DNA from: an uncultured Gammaproteobacteria bacterium
GTDB taxonomy: Bacteria > Pseudomonadota > Gammaproteobacteria > UBA9214
Length of the DNA stretch: 28,795 nucleotides
Assembly: GCA_963827755.1 (NCBI GenBank)
Contig: CAWHCQ010000026.1
Location: forward strand, 1 to 28,795
Direction of reading: 5' to 3'
Shown here: positions 6,294 to 20,457 of the stretch, one piece after another
How positions within the stretch are numbered: the stretch's first letter is position 1
How the letters are laid out: every line of letters begins with the position of its first letter
The notes under the pieces: model-generated
Seen by the model: the letters and a program-made list of their open reading frames with translations, nothing else
The model's database searches: none
What the model was told of the DNA's origin: nothing
Translations under genes and position numbers: made by a program

Positions 6294-7523
6294 CTAGACT
6301 TTTTCAGGCTGCGCCAAATTAAAGACATCATGCAGGGTACGAACACCCAGTTCCAGGTACTTTTCATCCACCACGACGGATATCTTGATCTCGGACGTTG
6401 AAATCATGCGGATGTTCACACCTTCCCTGGCAAGGGCGGCAAACATGGTCGAGGCAATACCGGCGTGCGAGCGCATGCCGACACCTACCAGTGAAATCTT
6501 GACGATCTTGTCATCGCCGATGACCTCGCGTGCATGCAGTTCATCCGCCGTGCGCGAGAGTATTTCCAGGGCGCGGCTGTAATCATTGCGGTGAACGGTA
6601 AAGGTGAAGTCAGTCGTGCCGCCGTCAGGCGCGATGTTCTGGATGATCATGTCCACTTCTATATTGGCATCGGCAATCGGCCCAAGTAACTGGTAGGCAA
6701 TACCCGGTTTGTCAGGCACGCCGAGAACGGTTAATTTTGCCTCATCGCGATTGAAAGCAATGCCGGATATCAGCGCCTGTTCCATCTCTTCATCCTCATA
6801 GGTAATCAGCGTACCTTCACCCTCTTCAAACGAAGAAAGGACCCGTAGCGGTACATTGTAACGACCGGCAAAACTCACCGAGCGGATCTGCAATACTTTC
6901 GAGCCAAGACTTGCCATCTCGAGCATCTCTTCAAAGGTAATCCGCGCGAGCCGACGAGCCTCAGGCACGACGCGCGGGTCCGTGGTATAGACGCCATCGA
7001 CGTCCGTATAGATCTGGCATTCGTCCGCCTTCAGTGCCGCGGCCAGCGCCACTGCCGTGGTATCCGATCCGCCCCGGCCCAGCGTGGTGATATTGCCATC
7101 TTCATCGACACCCTGGAAACCGGCCACGACCACCACCCGTCCGGCCGCAAGGTCGGTATGCAAGCGCTTGTCATCAATTTCCCGAATGCGCGCCTTGTTG
7201 TGGGCATTATCGGTAAGAATCTGCACCTGGCTGCCGGTGTAGGAACGCGCCGCACAGCCGCGTTTTTCCAACGCCATGCAGAGCAGTGCGATGGTCACCT
7301 GCTCGCCGGTGGACAACAATACATCAAGTTCACGCGGAACCGGTTTGTCTGTGACTTCATCGGCCAGTGCCAGCAGGCGGTTGGTTTCACCGCTCATTGC
7401 CGAGACCACCACGACGACGTCATTGCCTTTTGCACGCCAGTCAACGACCTTGTCGGCCACGTGACCGATGTGCTCGGCCGAACCGACCGAGGTGCCGCCG
7501 TATTTTTGTACGATAAGTGCCAT
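6294..7523 (-). CDS. lysC: Aspartate kinase
   Basis: Motifs VQKYGGTSV, TTLGRGGSDTTA and DVDGVYTTDPR. C-terminal ACT domains. alaS-lysC-csrA synteny. Confidence 0.97.
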   Translation of the reverse strand: MALIVQKYGGTSVGSAEHIGHVADKVVDWRAKGNDVVVVVSAMSGETNRLLALADEVTDKPVPRELDVLLSTGEQVTIALLCMALEKRGCAARSYTGSQVQILTDNAHNKARIREIDDKRLHTDLAAGRVVVVAGFQGVDEDGNITTLGRGGSDTTAVALAAALKADECQIYTDVDGVYTTDPRVVPEARRLARITFEEMLEMASLGSKVLQIRSVSFAGRYNVPLRVLSSFEEGEGTLITYEDEEMEQALISGIAFNRDEAKLTVLGVPDKPGIAYQLLGPIADANIEVDMIIQNIAPDGGTTDFTFTVHRNDYSRALEILSRTADELHAREVIGDDKIVKISLVGVGMRSHAGIASTMFAALAREGVNIRMISTSEIKISVVVDEKYLELGVRTLHDVFNLAQPEKV

Positions 7524-7547
7524 GTCCCTGTTTATTTCAACCTGTTA

Positions 7548-10145
<2,598 letters not shown>

Positions 10146-10329
10146 AAAGCGGGTTCTGTCACATGATTGATTTAAGGATCCTTATTATTCAGGGATTTGG
10201 GATGGATTGGAACATCTTTTAACGGTCCGCCGTGGACACCGGGGAATATGGCCGGGTACGCATGCTCTCATCGCGGATGAGATCCGTCACAGGTCTCAGA
10301 ACAACAGGATATCCGGGCATAAATAAATT

Positions 10330-10420
10330 GCAGGAGCCAGCGCAGCTGGCGAGCTGTTCGCGAGCTGGCGCTCGCTCCTACAGGTGGCAGAACGAGCGTA
10401 GGAGCGGATCTCATCCGCGA
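10330..10420. repeat. Cluster of three GTAG-type REPs (an inverted REPIN-like pair plus one singlet)
   Basis: gcaggagccagcgcagctggcga (10330-10352), tcgcgagctggcgctcgctcctac (10358-10381, inverted) and gtaggagcggatctcatccgcga (10398-10420). Confidence 0.8.
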
Positions 10421-10429
10421 TCGGAACTG

Positions 10430-10888
10430 CTATGTCTCTTTAAAAGCACTCGAGATCTGTTCGGAGGTAAAACCACGCTGCTGCAGAAAGCGCATCTGCC
10501 GGGCGCGCTCCTTGTAATCGCCCGGCAGGTGTGCGCCGAATTTTTTCTCGCGCACCTCCCTGACACGTTCCCGCCATTGCTGGTCGTACCCGGCAATGCT
10601 GTCGTCGATCAGGCCATCGTCGATACCGCGTTCGCGCAGTTCCGCATGGATCTTCTGCGGTCCTGTGCCCCGCTGGAAACGGGAGTGCACAAAGGCCTCG
10701 GCAAAACGCGAATTACTCAGCAGGTTTTCCGCAACCAGGTCGGCGAGCGTGGTTTCGATCAGTTCTGCATCAAAACCACGCGTTGCCAGTTTGCGTCTCA
10801 GTTCGACTTCACTGTGTTCACGGCGCGCCAGGAAATCCATTGCGGATTTTCGAATAAAGGCGGCATCACTCGCCTGTTCAGGCTTCAG
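10430..10888 (-). CDS. recX: Regulatory protein RecX (start uncertain, near the recA stop)
   Basis: [19 protein letters not shown]...[14 protein letters not shown]...RFLQQRGF, directly downstream of recA. Confidence 0.93.
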   Translation of the reverse strand: MKPEQASDAAFIRKSAMDFLARREHSEVELRRKLATRGFDAELIETTLADLVAENLLSNSRFAEAFVHSRFQRGTGPQKIHAELRERGIDDGLIDDSIAGYDQQWRERVREVREKKFGAHLPGDYKERARQMRFLQQRGFTSEQISSAFKET

Positions 10889-11912
10889 CTTCGAGCACCT
10901 CTTCAAGCGCAGCGACGGGCTTGCCGGGTAACAGCTTGGCACGGAGCTTGGCATCGATCTCGTTGGCGATATCCGGGTTCTGTTTCAGAAACTCGCGCAC
11001 ATTATCCTTGCCCTGCCCGATGCGGTCCTTGCCATAGCTGTACCAGGCGCCGGACTTTTCAACGAAGCCGTGCTCGACACCCAGGTCGATGAGTTCCGCC
11101 TCGCGGGAAATACCCTCGCCGTAGAGGATCTGGAATTCCGCCTTCTTGAAGGGCGGTGCCATCTTGTTCTTCACCACCTTGACGCGGGTCTCGTTACCGG
11201 TGATTTCATCGCCCTTCTTGATGGCGCCGATGCGGCGGATATCGAGACGCACCGAGGCGTAAAACTTCAGCGCATTACCGCCGGTGGTGGTTTCCGGGCT
11301 GCCGAACATGACACCGATCTTCATGCGGATCTGGTTGATGAAGATCACCATGGTATTGGAGCGCTGGATATTGGCGGTCAGCTTGCGCAGTGCCTGCGAC
11401 ATCAGCCGTGCCTGCAGGCCCATGTGCGAATCACCCATGTCGCCCTCGATTTCGGCCTTCGGTGTCAGTGCGGCAACCGAGTCGACCACGACGACGTCGA
11501 TGGCGGAAGAACGCACCAGCATGTCGGCAATCTCAAGGGCCTGCTCACCGGTATCCGGCTGCGAGACCAGCAGGTCATCGACATTCACCCCGAGTTTCTC
11601 GGCATAGCCCGGATCGAGCGCGTGCTCGGCGTCGATAAACGCCGCCGTGCCGCCGGCCTTTTGTGCCTCGGCAATCACCTGCAGGGTGAGCGTTGTCTTG
11701 CCGGACGATTCCGGGCCGTAGATCTCGACAACCCGGCCACGCGGCAAGCCGCCGATACCGAGCGCGACATCCAGACCGAGCGAACCGGTGGACACCACCT
11801 CGATATCACGTGCGGCACCGACGTCCCCCATACGCATGACCGCACCCTTGCCAAACTGTTTCTCGATTTGCCCCAGCGCTGCACTCAAGGCCTTGCGTTT
11901 GTTGTCTTCCAT
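10878..11912 (-). CDS. recA: Recombinase RecA
   Basis: Motifs [17 protein letters not shown] and [18 protein letters not shown]. Start MEDNKRK at 11912 with a GAGGAG RBS. Confidence 0.99.
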   Translation of the reverse strand: MEDNKRKALSAALGQIEKQFGKGAVMRMGDVGAARDIEVVSTGSLGLDVALGIGGLPRGRVVEIYGPESSGKTTLTLQVIAEAQKAGGTAAFIDAEHALDPGYAEKLGVNVDDLLVSQPDTGEQALEIADMLVRSSAIDVVVVDSVAALTPKAEIEGDMGDSHMGLQARLMSQALRKLTANIQRSNTMVIFINQIRMKIGVMFGSPETTTGGNALKFYASVRLDIRRIGAIKKGDEITGNETRVKVVKNKMAPPFKKAEFQILYGEGISREAELIDLGVEHGFVEKSGAWYSYGKDRIGQGKDNVREFLKQNPDIANEIDAKLRAKLLPGKPVAALEEVLEAEA

Positions 11913-11983
11913 CTGCTCCTCCGCTAGTGGTTCATGGCGAGGCCATCCCTGGCTCGCCGGACGCCGCAATTATCACATAGATG

Positions 11984-12526
11984 CTAGCCACCCCCAAGCG
12001 CCCAGCGGCACAATACGCGATATCGGGCACCCGCCGGGTCGGTGACTGACTCGACCAGACAGAATTCGCTGATTGACCATGTAATCGCGGGGAATTTATT
12101 TGAATCGGGCGCCGTATTCTGCTTGCGCGCAAGCGTGACATGCGGCACATAGGCGCGGGCATCCGGTGCGAAGCCGCACCCTGCAAGCACCGCTTGCAGG
12201 GCACCCGCCAATGTCCGTATTTCCATGGGGGTATGGTGGCACCCGGCCCAGAGCATACGCGGTTTTTGCCAATAACCCAGGCGGTCGATGCAGAGTTCAA
12301 AGCGCGGCGCCTGGATTTCGCCGGCGGCCGTCTCCAGGCAAGCGCGCTGGTCTGCGGTGCACGCACCGGCAAACGCCAGTGTTATATGCAGATTATCAGC
12401 CGCGACACGCCTGACCCGCTTGCCCAGCAGTTGCTTCGCCGACTGGTCCAGGGCACTGCGCAACTCTTCATCGGGCCACAGGGCGAAGAACAGCCGCTGG
12501 CGTTTTTCAGCCTTTTCCGGGGACAT
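11984..12526 (-). CDS. thpR: RNA 2',3'-cyclic phosphodiesterase (2H family)
   Basis: RLFFALWP and two HxT motifs (HITL, HVTL). cinA-thpR-recA synteny. Confidence 0.9.
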   Translation of the reverse strand: MSPEKAEKRQRLFFALWPDEELRSALDQSAKQLLGKRVRRVAADNLHITLAFAGACTADQRACLETAAGEIQAPRFELCIDRLGYWQKPRMLWAGCHHTPMEIRTLAGALQAVLAGCGFAPDARAYVPHVTLARKQNTAPDSNKFPAITWSISEFCLVESVTDPAGARYRVLCRWALGGG

Positions 12527-12996
12527 TCAGCAACCCCTGCAGGGCATGGGCTACCGACTGGCGGCGCACGGCCTCGCGGTCGCCCGTGAAATGACAGGTC
12601 TCGGCCCGCAGATCGCCAGCGGCCGCGGCCCAGGCAAAACAGACCGTGCCCACCGGCTTGCCCGGCATGGCGCCGCCCGGGCCGGCAATCCCGCTGATCG
12701 CCACGGCCACATCCGCGCGCGCTGTTGGCCAGCGCCCCGGCCGCCATTTCCCGGACGGTCTGCTCACTCACCGCCCCCGCCGCGTCCAGCGTTGCCGCGC
12801 TGACCCCGAGCATGGTCTGCTTGGCAGCGTTGCTGTAGGTGACGAAGCCGCGGTCAAACCAGCCGGAGCTGCCGGCAATATCTGTCAGGCACTTCGCCAC
12901 CCAGCCGCCGGTGCAGGACTCGGCCACGGCCAGCATTTCATTTTGCAGTAACAGCCGTTCCCCAACCTGTTGCGCCAGTTCGTTCAAGTCAGACAT
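12507..12996 (-). CDS. pncC: Nicotinamide-nucleotide amidohydrolase (CinA C-terminal domain), +1 frameshift near 12720
   Basis: AVAESCTGG and [10 protein letters not shown] in one frame; [11 protein letters not shown]...[10 protein letters not shown]...GDREAVR in the next frame. Confidence 0.88.
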
Positions 12997-13028
12997 GAGG
13001 ATTAGGTTCTCACCTGCATCTGATCACT

Positions 13029-13092
13029 GTAGGTAGCCAGCGTCAGCTGCCGAACAGCGCGTGTACGTTCGCCTAGCTGGCGCTGGCTCCAC
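13029..13092. repeat. Inverted REP pair (REPIN-like)
   Basis: gtaggtagccagcgtcagctgccga...tcgcctagctggcgctggctccac, the same family as 10330-10381. Confidence 0.72.
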
Positions 13093-13102
13093 AAGTACCA
13101 GT

Positions 13103-16100
13103 CTAGCCTGCGTTAACGATCAACCGCTGCACCAGCGACTCGTCCGGAACCACGGCGACCGCGGCCTTGTGTTCCTGGCCAAGCAACAGGTACACGGCCG
13201 GCACGACAAACAGGGTGAACAGCGTGCCGATACCCAGGCCGGTGGCGATCACCAGGCCGATGTCGAAGCGGCTGACGGCCCCGGGTCCGCTGGCGGTGAG
13301 CAGCGGCACCATTGCCACGATCATCGACACCGTGGTCATCAGGATGGGCCGCAGGCGAATGGCCGCCGCCTGTTCGACCGCCGCGCGCTTGCCCAGGCCC
13401 TCGGTCAGTTGCAGCTGGTTGGCGAACTCGACGATCAGGATGCCGTTTTTCGCGATCAGCCCGATCAGCGTAATCAGGCCGACCTGGGTGTAGATGTTGA
13501 CCGTGGCGAAACCCAGCATCAGGAACGCCAGCGCGCCGGCAATCGACATGGGCACGGAGACGAGGATGATGATCGGATCGCGCCAGCTCTCGAACTGCGC
13601 GGCCAGCACCAGGTAGATGACCAGGATGGACATGAAGAACGTGGCGATCAGCGCACTGCCCTGCTGCGCGTACTGGCGTGACTCGCCGGCATAGTCCCAG
13701 CCGAAGCCCTGCGGGAAGATGTTGCGCGCCTGCGTCTCGAGGAAGACCAGCGCATCGCCCAGCGTGGTCCCCGGCGCGACCACGCCCTCGACGGTCACGG
13801 AATTGAGCTGCTGGAACTGCACCCGTTTGTTGGGTTCGACGCTGGTCTCGAACGATACCACGGTGGATAAGGGCACCATCTCACCGGTCCTGGTGCGCAC
13901 ATAATATTCATCCAGCATGTCGCGATCGAGGCGGAATTGCCGTGCCACCTGGGGAATGACCTTGTAGCTGCGTCCATCGAGGTTGAAACGGTTGACGTAG
14001 TTTCCGCCCAGCATGGTGCCCAGGTTGCCGCCGATGTCCTGCATGCTGATACCCAGGTCCGCGGCCAGGTCGCGGTCGATCACCAGGGTGTTGCGCGGCC
14101 GGTTGAACTCGATGGACTTTCTCAGGAAGGCGAACTTGCCGCTGCCCATGCCGCTGCCGATCAGCCTGTCGGCGACATCCGTCAGCTCGGAGAAATCGAC
14201 CGCCGGGGCGGTGATCACGAACTGCAGCGGCAGGCCGCGCCCTGCGCCCGGCAGGCTGGCACGCGGGAACACCGCTGTCTGGACACCGGCAACCTGGTTG
14301 AGCCCCTGCTGGACATCCGGCATGACCTGCATCTGCGAGCGCGTGCGCTGCGAGGGTGGCAGCATCTTGAAACCGCCGAAAGTGGTGCGGTTATCGCCCC
14401 CGAAACCCAGCAGAAAAAAACTTTCGTGATGTTCGGGCACCTGCTTGAAGGCATCAACGATCTGTCGTATGTAGGCCTCGTTGTAGTCCAGCGTTGCGGT
14501 CTGCGGTCCGAGGGCCTGGAAAAACAGGATGCTCTGGTCCTCGGTCGGTGCAAGCTCGTTCTGGCTGGCGGCAAACATGAAGTAGATGCTGCCGAGCACC
14601 ACCGCGGCAAACACCATGACCGCCGGCAACGCATCCAGGGACGCACGCAGTGCACCCAGGTACCCGTTGGAAAGCCGGGTGAAAAAATGTTCAACCAGCT
14701 GTTCGAAGCGGCCCTGTTCGCCGGCCGGTTTCAACACCTTGCCAGAGAGCATCGGTGACAGGGTCAGTGCAACTACACCGGAAATCAGCACAGCACCGGC
14801 GAGGGTAAAGGCAAACTCGGTGAACAGGGTCCCGACCAGCCCGCCCATGAATCCGATCGGCGCATATACCGCCACCAGCGTGGTGGTCATGGCAATAATG
14901 GGCACGGCCAGTTCGCGCGCACCCTTGATGGCGGCATCGAGGCGCGCCTCACCCTTTTCGATATGCCGGTGCACGTTCTCGACCACCACGATGGCATCAT
15001 CGACCACCAGGCCGATTGCCAGCACCAGCGACAACAGCGTCAACAGGTTGATCGAAAAACCCATCAACAGCATCAGGAAAGTCCCGCCAACCAGTGACAG
15101 CGGCACGACGACGGCCGGGACCAGGGCCGCACGCAGCGAACCGAGTGACAGAAAAATCACCGTCAGCACGATCAGCACCGCCTCGGCCAGCGTAATAAAC
15201 ACCTCGTCGATGGAATCGTTGATATAGACGCTGGCATCATAGGGAATGTGCGCATTGAGACCCTGCGGCAGCTGCTCGCGAATCTCGTCCATGGTGGCAT
15301 GCACGCGTGCGGCCACATTCAGCGGGTTGGCCCCCGGGGCCGGCTCCATACCGATGTAGATGGCGGTCTCGCCGTTGTACCAGCTGGTCGAGTCATAGTC
15401 CTCCGCGCCCATCTTTACCTCGGCGAAGTCCCTGATGCGCACCAGCACATCGCCCGACTCGCGTACCACCAGGCTGGCAAAGTCCTCGAGCGTGCTGATG
15501 TCGGTCGTGGTACTGAGATCGATGGTCACGTAGGCGTCCTTGGTGTTGCCGATCCCCGACAGGTAGTTGTTTGCCTGCAGCGCCTCGCGCACGTCGCCGG
15601 CCGTTACCCCCATGGCCGCCATGCGCTGCGGATCAAGCCAGATGCGCATGGCGAATGTCTTGTTGCCGATAAGTCCCGCCTTGGCCACGCCGGGGACGGC
15701 CTGCAGTTTGGGCTGAGCAACCCGGAGCAGGTAATCGGTAATCTGCGAAGGCGACATGGACTCGCTGTAGAAGGCGAGATACATCAATGCGGTGGAATCG
15801 CCCGTGGTCGAATCGATCACCGGGTCATCGGCCTCGGCCGGCAGCACGTTGCGCTGGCTGGCGACCTTGGACTGGATCTCGGCCACCGCCGCGTTCGAAT
15901 CGTAATTGAGGACCATGTGCGCCTCGATCACGGAGCGGCCCTGGGTGCTGGTCGAGACGAGGAAGTCGATGCCGTCGGCCTCGGCGATCGCCTGTTGCAG
16001 CGGCGTGGTAATGAAACCCTTGACCAGCTCGCTGCTGGCGCCCGGGTAGGTCGTGGTCACCGTCACCACGGTATTCTTGGTTTCCGGAAACTGGCGCACT

Positions 16101-16198
16101 TCGAGTGCGGTGATCGCACGCAGGCCGACGACCAGGATCAGCAGGCTGACGACACTGGCCAGCACCGGGCGGTGAATGAAGATATCGGTGAATTTCAT
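13103..16198 (-). CDS. RND efflux permease (AcrB family, MexW/MexI-like)
   Basis: 1031 aa. [45 protein letters not shown] and RLRPILMTT. Confidence 0.96.
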   Translation of the reverse strand: MKFTDIFIHRPVLASVVSLLILVVGLRAITALEVRQFPETKNTVVTVTTTYPGASSELVKGFITTPLQQAIAEADGIDFLVSTSTQGRSVIEAHMVLNYDSNAAVAEIQSKVASQRNVLPAEADDPVIDSTTGDSTALMYLAFYSESMSPSQITDYLLRVAQPKLQAVPGVAKAGLIGNKTFAMRIWLDPQRMAAMGVTAGDVREALQANNYLSGIGNTKDAYVTIDLSTTTDISTLEDFASLVVRESGDVLVRIRDFAEVKMGAEDYDSTSWYNGETAIYIGMEPAPGANPLNVAARVHATMDEIREQLPQGLNAHIPYDASVYINDSIDEVFITLAEAVLIVLTVIFLSLGSLRAALVPAVVVPLSLVGGTFLMLLMGFSINLLTLLSLVLAIGLVVDDAIVVVENVHRHIEKGEARLDAAIKGARELAVPIIAMTTTLVAVYAPIGFMGGLVGTLFTEFAFTLAGAVLISGVVALTLSPMLSGKVLKPAGEQGRFEQLVEHFFTRLSNGYLGALRASLDALPAVMVFAAVVLGSIYFMFAASQNELAPTEDQSILFFQALGPQTATLDYNEAYIRQIVDAFKQVPEHHESFFLLGFGGDNRTTFGGFKMLPPSQRTRSQMQVMPDVQQGLNQVAGVQTAVFPRASLPGAGRGLPLQFVITAPAVDFSELTDVADRLIGSGMGSGKFAFLRKSIEFNRPRNTLVIDRDLAADLGISMQDIGGNLGTMLGGNYVNRFNLDGRSYKVIPQVARQFRLDRDMLDEYYVRTRTGEMVPLSTVVSFETSVEPNKRVQFQQLNSVTVEGVVAPGTTLGDALVFLETQARNIFPQGFGWDYAGESRQYAQQGSALIATFFMSILVIYLVLAAQFESWRDPIIILVSVPMSIAGALAFLMLGFATVNIYTQVGLITLIGLIAKNGILIVEFANQLQLTEGLGKRAAVEQAAAIRLRPILMTTVSMIVAMVPLLTASGPGAVSRFDIGLVIATGLGIGTLFTLFVVPAVYLLLGQEHKAAVAVVPDESLVQRLIVNAG

Positions 16199-17291
16199 GG
16201 TGCGCTGACTGCTTTATCGAGCTTGACGGTCGCGTCGATGACCACCTGTGCGCCGTTTCGCAGCTTCACCTGGCCGGCACTGACCACGCGCTCGCCGGCA
16301 CTCAGACCCGAACGGATCTCGACCCGGCCGTCACGCACCTCGCCGGTTTCCACCTGGCGGTGTTCGACACTGAGCGCCCCGTCCTTTTCCTGCACGACGA
16401 ACACCGCATCGCCGTAGGTATTATAGGTAATGGCCGTGCGTGGCAGTGTCAGTATTCCGCTGCGCATGGGCAGCAGGGCACGCACCTCGGCGAACATGCC
16501 GGGGAGCAGGTAATGGTCGGGATTGTCGAGGGTGGCGCGGATGCGTACGCTGCGGGTATTGCGGTCAACGCGCGGATCGATGGCGCTGATGGTGCCGCTG
16601 AACAGCCGCCCGGGCCGGGCCTTGATGCGGATGCTGATGTCCTGGTTGAGCGCAAGGGATGACTGGTCGCGTTCCGGCAACGCGAAATCCACGAAGATCG
16701 GGTCGAGCTGCTGCAGCGAGGCGATCTGCGCACCCGGCTGCAGATACTGTCCCAGGTTGACTTCACGGATGCCCAGCTGGCCGCTGAACGGCGCACGAAT
16801 CGCCTTTTTCTCAAGCTGGGCGCGTTTCGCCTCATGCAGGGCCTGCGCAATTCTGCAGGTTCGCTTTTGCCCGGTCGAAGGTCGACTGCGAACCCAGCTT
16901 GTCGGTCACCAGTTTCTCGGCGCGCTCGTATTCCTGCTGCGCAACCCGCCGCTCGGCGGCCAGGCCATCCAGTTCCGCCCGGTCGACACTGTCGTCGAGC
17001 TGCACCAGCAAGGTGCCCGCCTCTACCTGCTCACCCGACTCGAACTGGATGGCGCTCACCATGCCCGGCGATTTCGGTGGAGACGAACACCCCCTGCGTC
17101 GCCACCAGCGTCCCGACCGACTCCAGCCAGGGCTGCCACTCGGTCTCCTCCACGGTCGCCACGGCCACGGTGGACGGTGGCGGCATGTGGGACTGGCCCG
17201 CACTCTGTTGCACCTGGCAGTATTTCACGCCAAACAGACCGCCAATCAACAGAATGAGAAGCACGATGACAGCAAGCACACGTGTAGACAT
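16195..17291 (-). CDS. RND periplasmic adaptor (MFP), +1 frameshifts near 17065 and 16850
   Basis: N-terminal TM anchor ([18 protein letters not shown]), then [27 protein letters not shown] and LLPGMFAEV across three frames. Stop overlaps the permease start. Confidence 0.88.
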
Positions 17292-17393
17292 AGGACTATC
17301 CGGTGGAGACACTCGGTGAAGTCTACCAGACCGCTCTGCAAACGACAGAGTTACCCTGTGCGAGCAGCGCATATAAAGGTAGACTTGCACGCC

Positions 17394-19959
17394 ATGACGA
17401 CACCCGCCCATACACCGATGATGCAGCAGTACCTCGGCATCAAGGCTGAACACCCTGACATCCTGCTGTTCTACCGAATGGGCGACTTTTACGAGCTGTT
17501 TTTCAACGACGCCCGGCGCGCCGCCAAACTGCTGGATATCACCCTGACGGCTCGCGGCCAGTCCGCGGGCGAGGCCATACCCATGGCCGGTGTGCCGGTA
17601 CATGCAATCGACCAGTACCTCGGCCGGCTGGTGCGCCAGGGTGAATCGGTCGCCATCTGCGAACAGGTCGGCGACGTGGCGACCAGCAAGGGACCGGTCG
17701 AGCGCAAGGTGGTGCGTATCGTCACCCCCGGCACCGTCACCGAAGACGCCCTGCTGGATGACCGCCAGGACAACCTGCTGGTGGCCGTCAACCGGCTCGG
17801 CGACACCTGGGGGCTGGCCGCGCTTGACCTCTCCGGCGCACGCTTCAGCGTGCAGCAATTCACGGGTAACGATGCGCTGCAGGGCGAACTGCAACGTCTC
17901 AACCCGGCGGAACTGATCGTCAATGAAGCCGTCGAACTGCCGGCTGATATTGCACGCCACAGCGGCCTGCGCCGGCAGGCCCCCTGGCTGTTCGAAACCG
18001 ACAGCGCACGCCGCCAGCTGAACCAGCAATTCGGTACGCATGATCTCGGCGGCTTCGGTTGCGAGACACTCGATGTGGCCATCGGCGCCGCCGGCGGCCT
18101 GCTGCAATATGTAAAGAACACCCAGCGCACCGAGCTGCCGCATTTGCGCGGCCTGCGCCTCGAGCAGCGCAGTGACAGCCTGGTGCTGGATGTCGCTACC
18201 CGCAGCAACCTGGAACTCGAGGAATCCGGATCAAGCAACAGGAAACACACCTTGATCAGCGTGCTCGATAACACTGCCTGCAGCATGGGCGGTCGCCTGT
18301 TGCGCCGCTGGCTGGCGCGCCCGTTACGAGACCATGCCGTGCTCAGGCAACGCTACCAGTGCGTTGCTACGCTTGTTGAAGGCCAGTTGTATGCAGAGGT
18401 GCATGAGCTGCTGTGTGGTATCTCCGATATCGAACGCATACTGGCTCGCATTGCCCTGAAATCGGCGCGCCCCCGGGACCTGGCCGGGCTCCGCGACAGC
18501 CTTGGCCTGCTAACCGACCTGCAGGAGACGCTTGCCGGCTACGAGGACCCCATGCTCACGCAGCTGTCCGCACAAATCGGGCTCCACCCGGACATCCATG
18601 CCCTGCTGGTAGCAGCGATAAAAGAAGAACCGCCGGTACTGATTCGTGACGGCGGTGTACTGGCAGCGGGCTTTGATTCAGATCTCGATGAATTGCGCGA
18701 CCTGAGCGAACATGGTGACCGGGTGCTGGTCGACATGGAAACCCGCGAGCGCCAGCGCAGTGGTATCGGTAACCTGAAGATTCGCTACAACCGGGTGCAT
18801 GGTTTCTACATCGAGGTCAGCCGCCTGCAGGCCGACAAGGTACCGGATGACTACCAGCGCCGGCAGACGCTGAAGGCCGTTGAACGTTACAGTACGCCGG
18901 AATTAAAAGACCATGAAAGCAAGGTGCTGAGCGCACGCGAACGTGCGCTGGCACTGGAGAAGTCTCTCTACAATGACCTGCTCGAGCAGCTTGCCGAATA
19001 TCTCGGGCCGCTGGGGCGATGCGCCCATGCACTTTCCGAACTGGATGTGCTGGCCAATTTTGCCGAACGCAGTGTCACGCTGAAACTGTGTTGCCCGACA
19101 CTCGCAGATCGAGCTGGCATCGCCATCGAGAAAGGCCGCCACCTGGTCGTTGAAAATATTCTCGACGATCCGTTTATTCCGAATGATCTGCAACTCAATT
19201 CAAGCCGGCGCATGCTCATCATCACCGGGCCCAACATGGGTGGTAAATCCACCTACATGCGCCAGACTGCACTGATCGTACTGCTTGCCCATATCGGCTG
19301 TTATGTGCCGGCTGACAAGGCGGTCATCGGCCCCATCGACCGCATCTTCTCGCGCATCGGGGCCTCCGATGACCTGGCGGGCGGACGTTCCACCTTCATG
19401 GTCGAAATGACCGAGACGGCCAACATCCTGCATAACGCGACCGAACAGAGCCTCGTGCTGATGGATGAAATCGGACGCGGCACCAGCACCTACGACGGGC
19501 TGTCGCTGGCCTGGGCCTGCGCCGTGGATCTCGCCGTGCGGGTCAAGGCGTTCACCCTGTTTGCCACCCATTATTTCGAACTGACCTCGTTACCGGAGGA
19601 GTACGACAGTATCGACAACGCCCACCTCGACGCCGTTGAGCACGATGACCGTATCGTCTTCCTGCACGCCGTCAAAAGCGGTGCGGCCGATCAGAGCTAC
19701 GGCCTGCACGTGGCGGCGCTGGCCGGGGTGCCGCTGGCCGTGATTGCAGAGGCGCGCAAGTGCCTGCATGAACTGGAACAGGAGAAACCGCCCGGCAACA
19801 GACGCGCCCTCCCCGCAGCTGGGCCTGTTCCAGGCGCCCGGCGAGCACCCGCTGCTGGAGGCCCTGGACGGGATTGATCCCGACAACATGACGCCGAAGC
19901 AGGCCCAGCAGGCCCTGTATGCCCTCAAGGATCTCGCCAAACAGGATCTGCATTCATAG
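17394..19959 (+). CDS. mutS: DNA mismatch repair protein MutS, +1 frameshift near 19790
   Basis: [33 protein letters not shown] and DEIGRGTST. The C-terminal tail QLGLF...[10 protein letters not shown] is in the next frame, ending at 19959. Confidence 0.97.
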
Positions 19960-20102
19960 CGGGGCTGTTTAGATGTATACTGCAAGCCTGCGACAGGGTC
20001 TTTGACCATATACATTATATAACAATAAGTTAGCGTTTTTTATTGAGAACATGGATGCAGCCGCGCAGGCGCTGTACCAGGCAACTACCAGTGGAGAACT
20101 TC

Positions 20103-20426
20103 ATGACCTTTGTTGTGACTGAAAACTGCATCAAGTGCAAACTCACCGACTGTGTCGAGGTCTGCCCGGTCGACTGCTTCCATGAAGGCCCGAACTTCCT
20201 GGTGATCGACCCCGATGAATGCATTGACTGCACCCTGTGCGAACCCGAATGCCCGATCAATGCCATCTTCGACGAAGGTGACCTGCCGGAAGGACAGGAG
20301 CAGTTCCTCGCGCTGAATGCCGAGCTGGCGAAAGAGTGGCCGGTCATTACCCAGATGAAAGACCCGCCCGCGGATTCCGCTGAGTGGACAGACAAACCGG
20401 ACAAGTTAAAGTACCTGGAGCGTTGA
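20103..20426 (+). CDS. fdxA: 7Fe ferredoxin (FdI type)
   Basis: [26 protein letters not shown]...[12 protein letters not shown]. mutS-fdxA synteny. Confidence 0.96.
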   Translation: MTFVVTENCIKCKLTDCVEVCPVDCFHEGPNFLVIDPDECIDCTLCEPECPINAIFDEGDLPEGQEQFLALNAELAKEWPVITQMKDPPADSAEWTDKPDKLKYLER

Positions 20427-20457
20427 TGCCGTTTCAGTGATCAGCGATCACGCCGAG

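Noticed and set aside
16899-17393. N-terminal extension of MutS (992-aa ORF)
   Set aside because: It overlaps the MFP gene on the other strand. MutS homology starts at ATG 17394.
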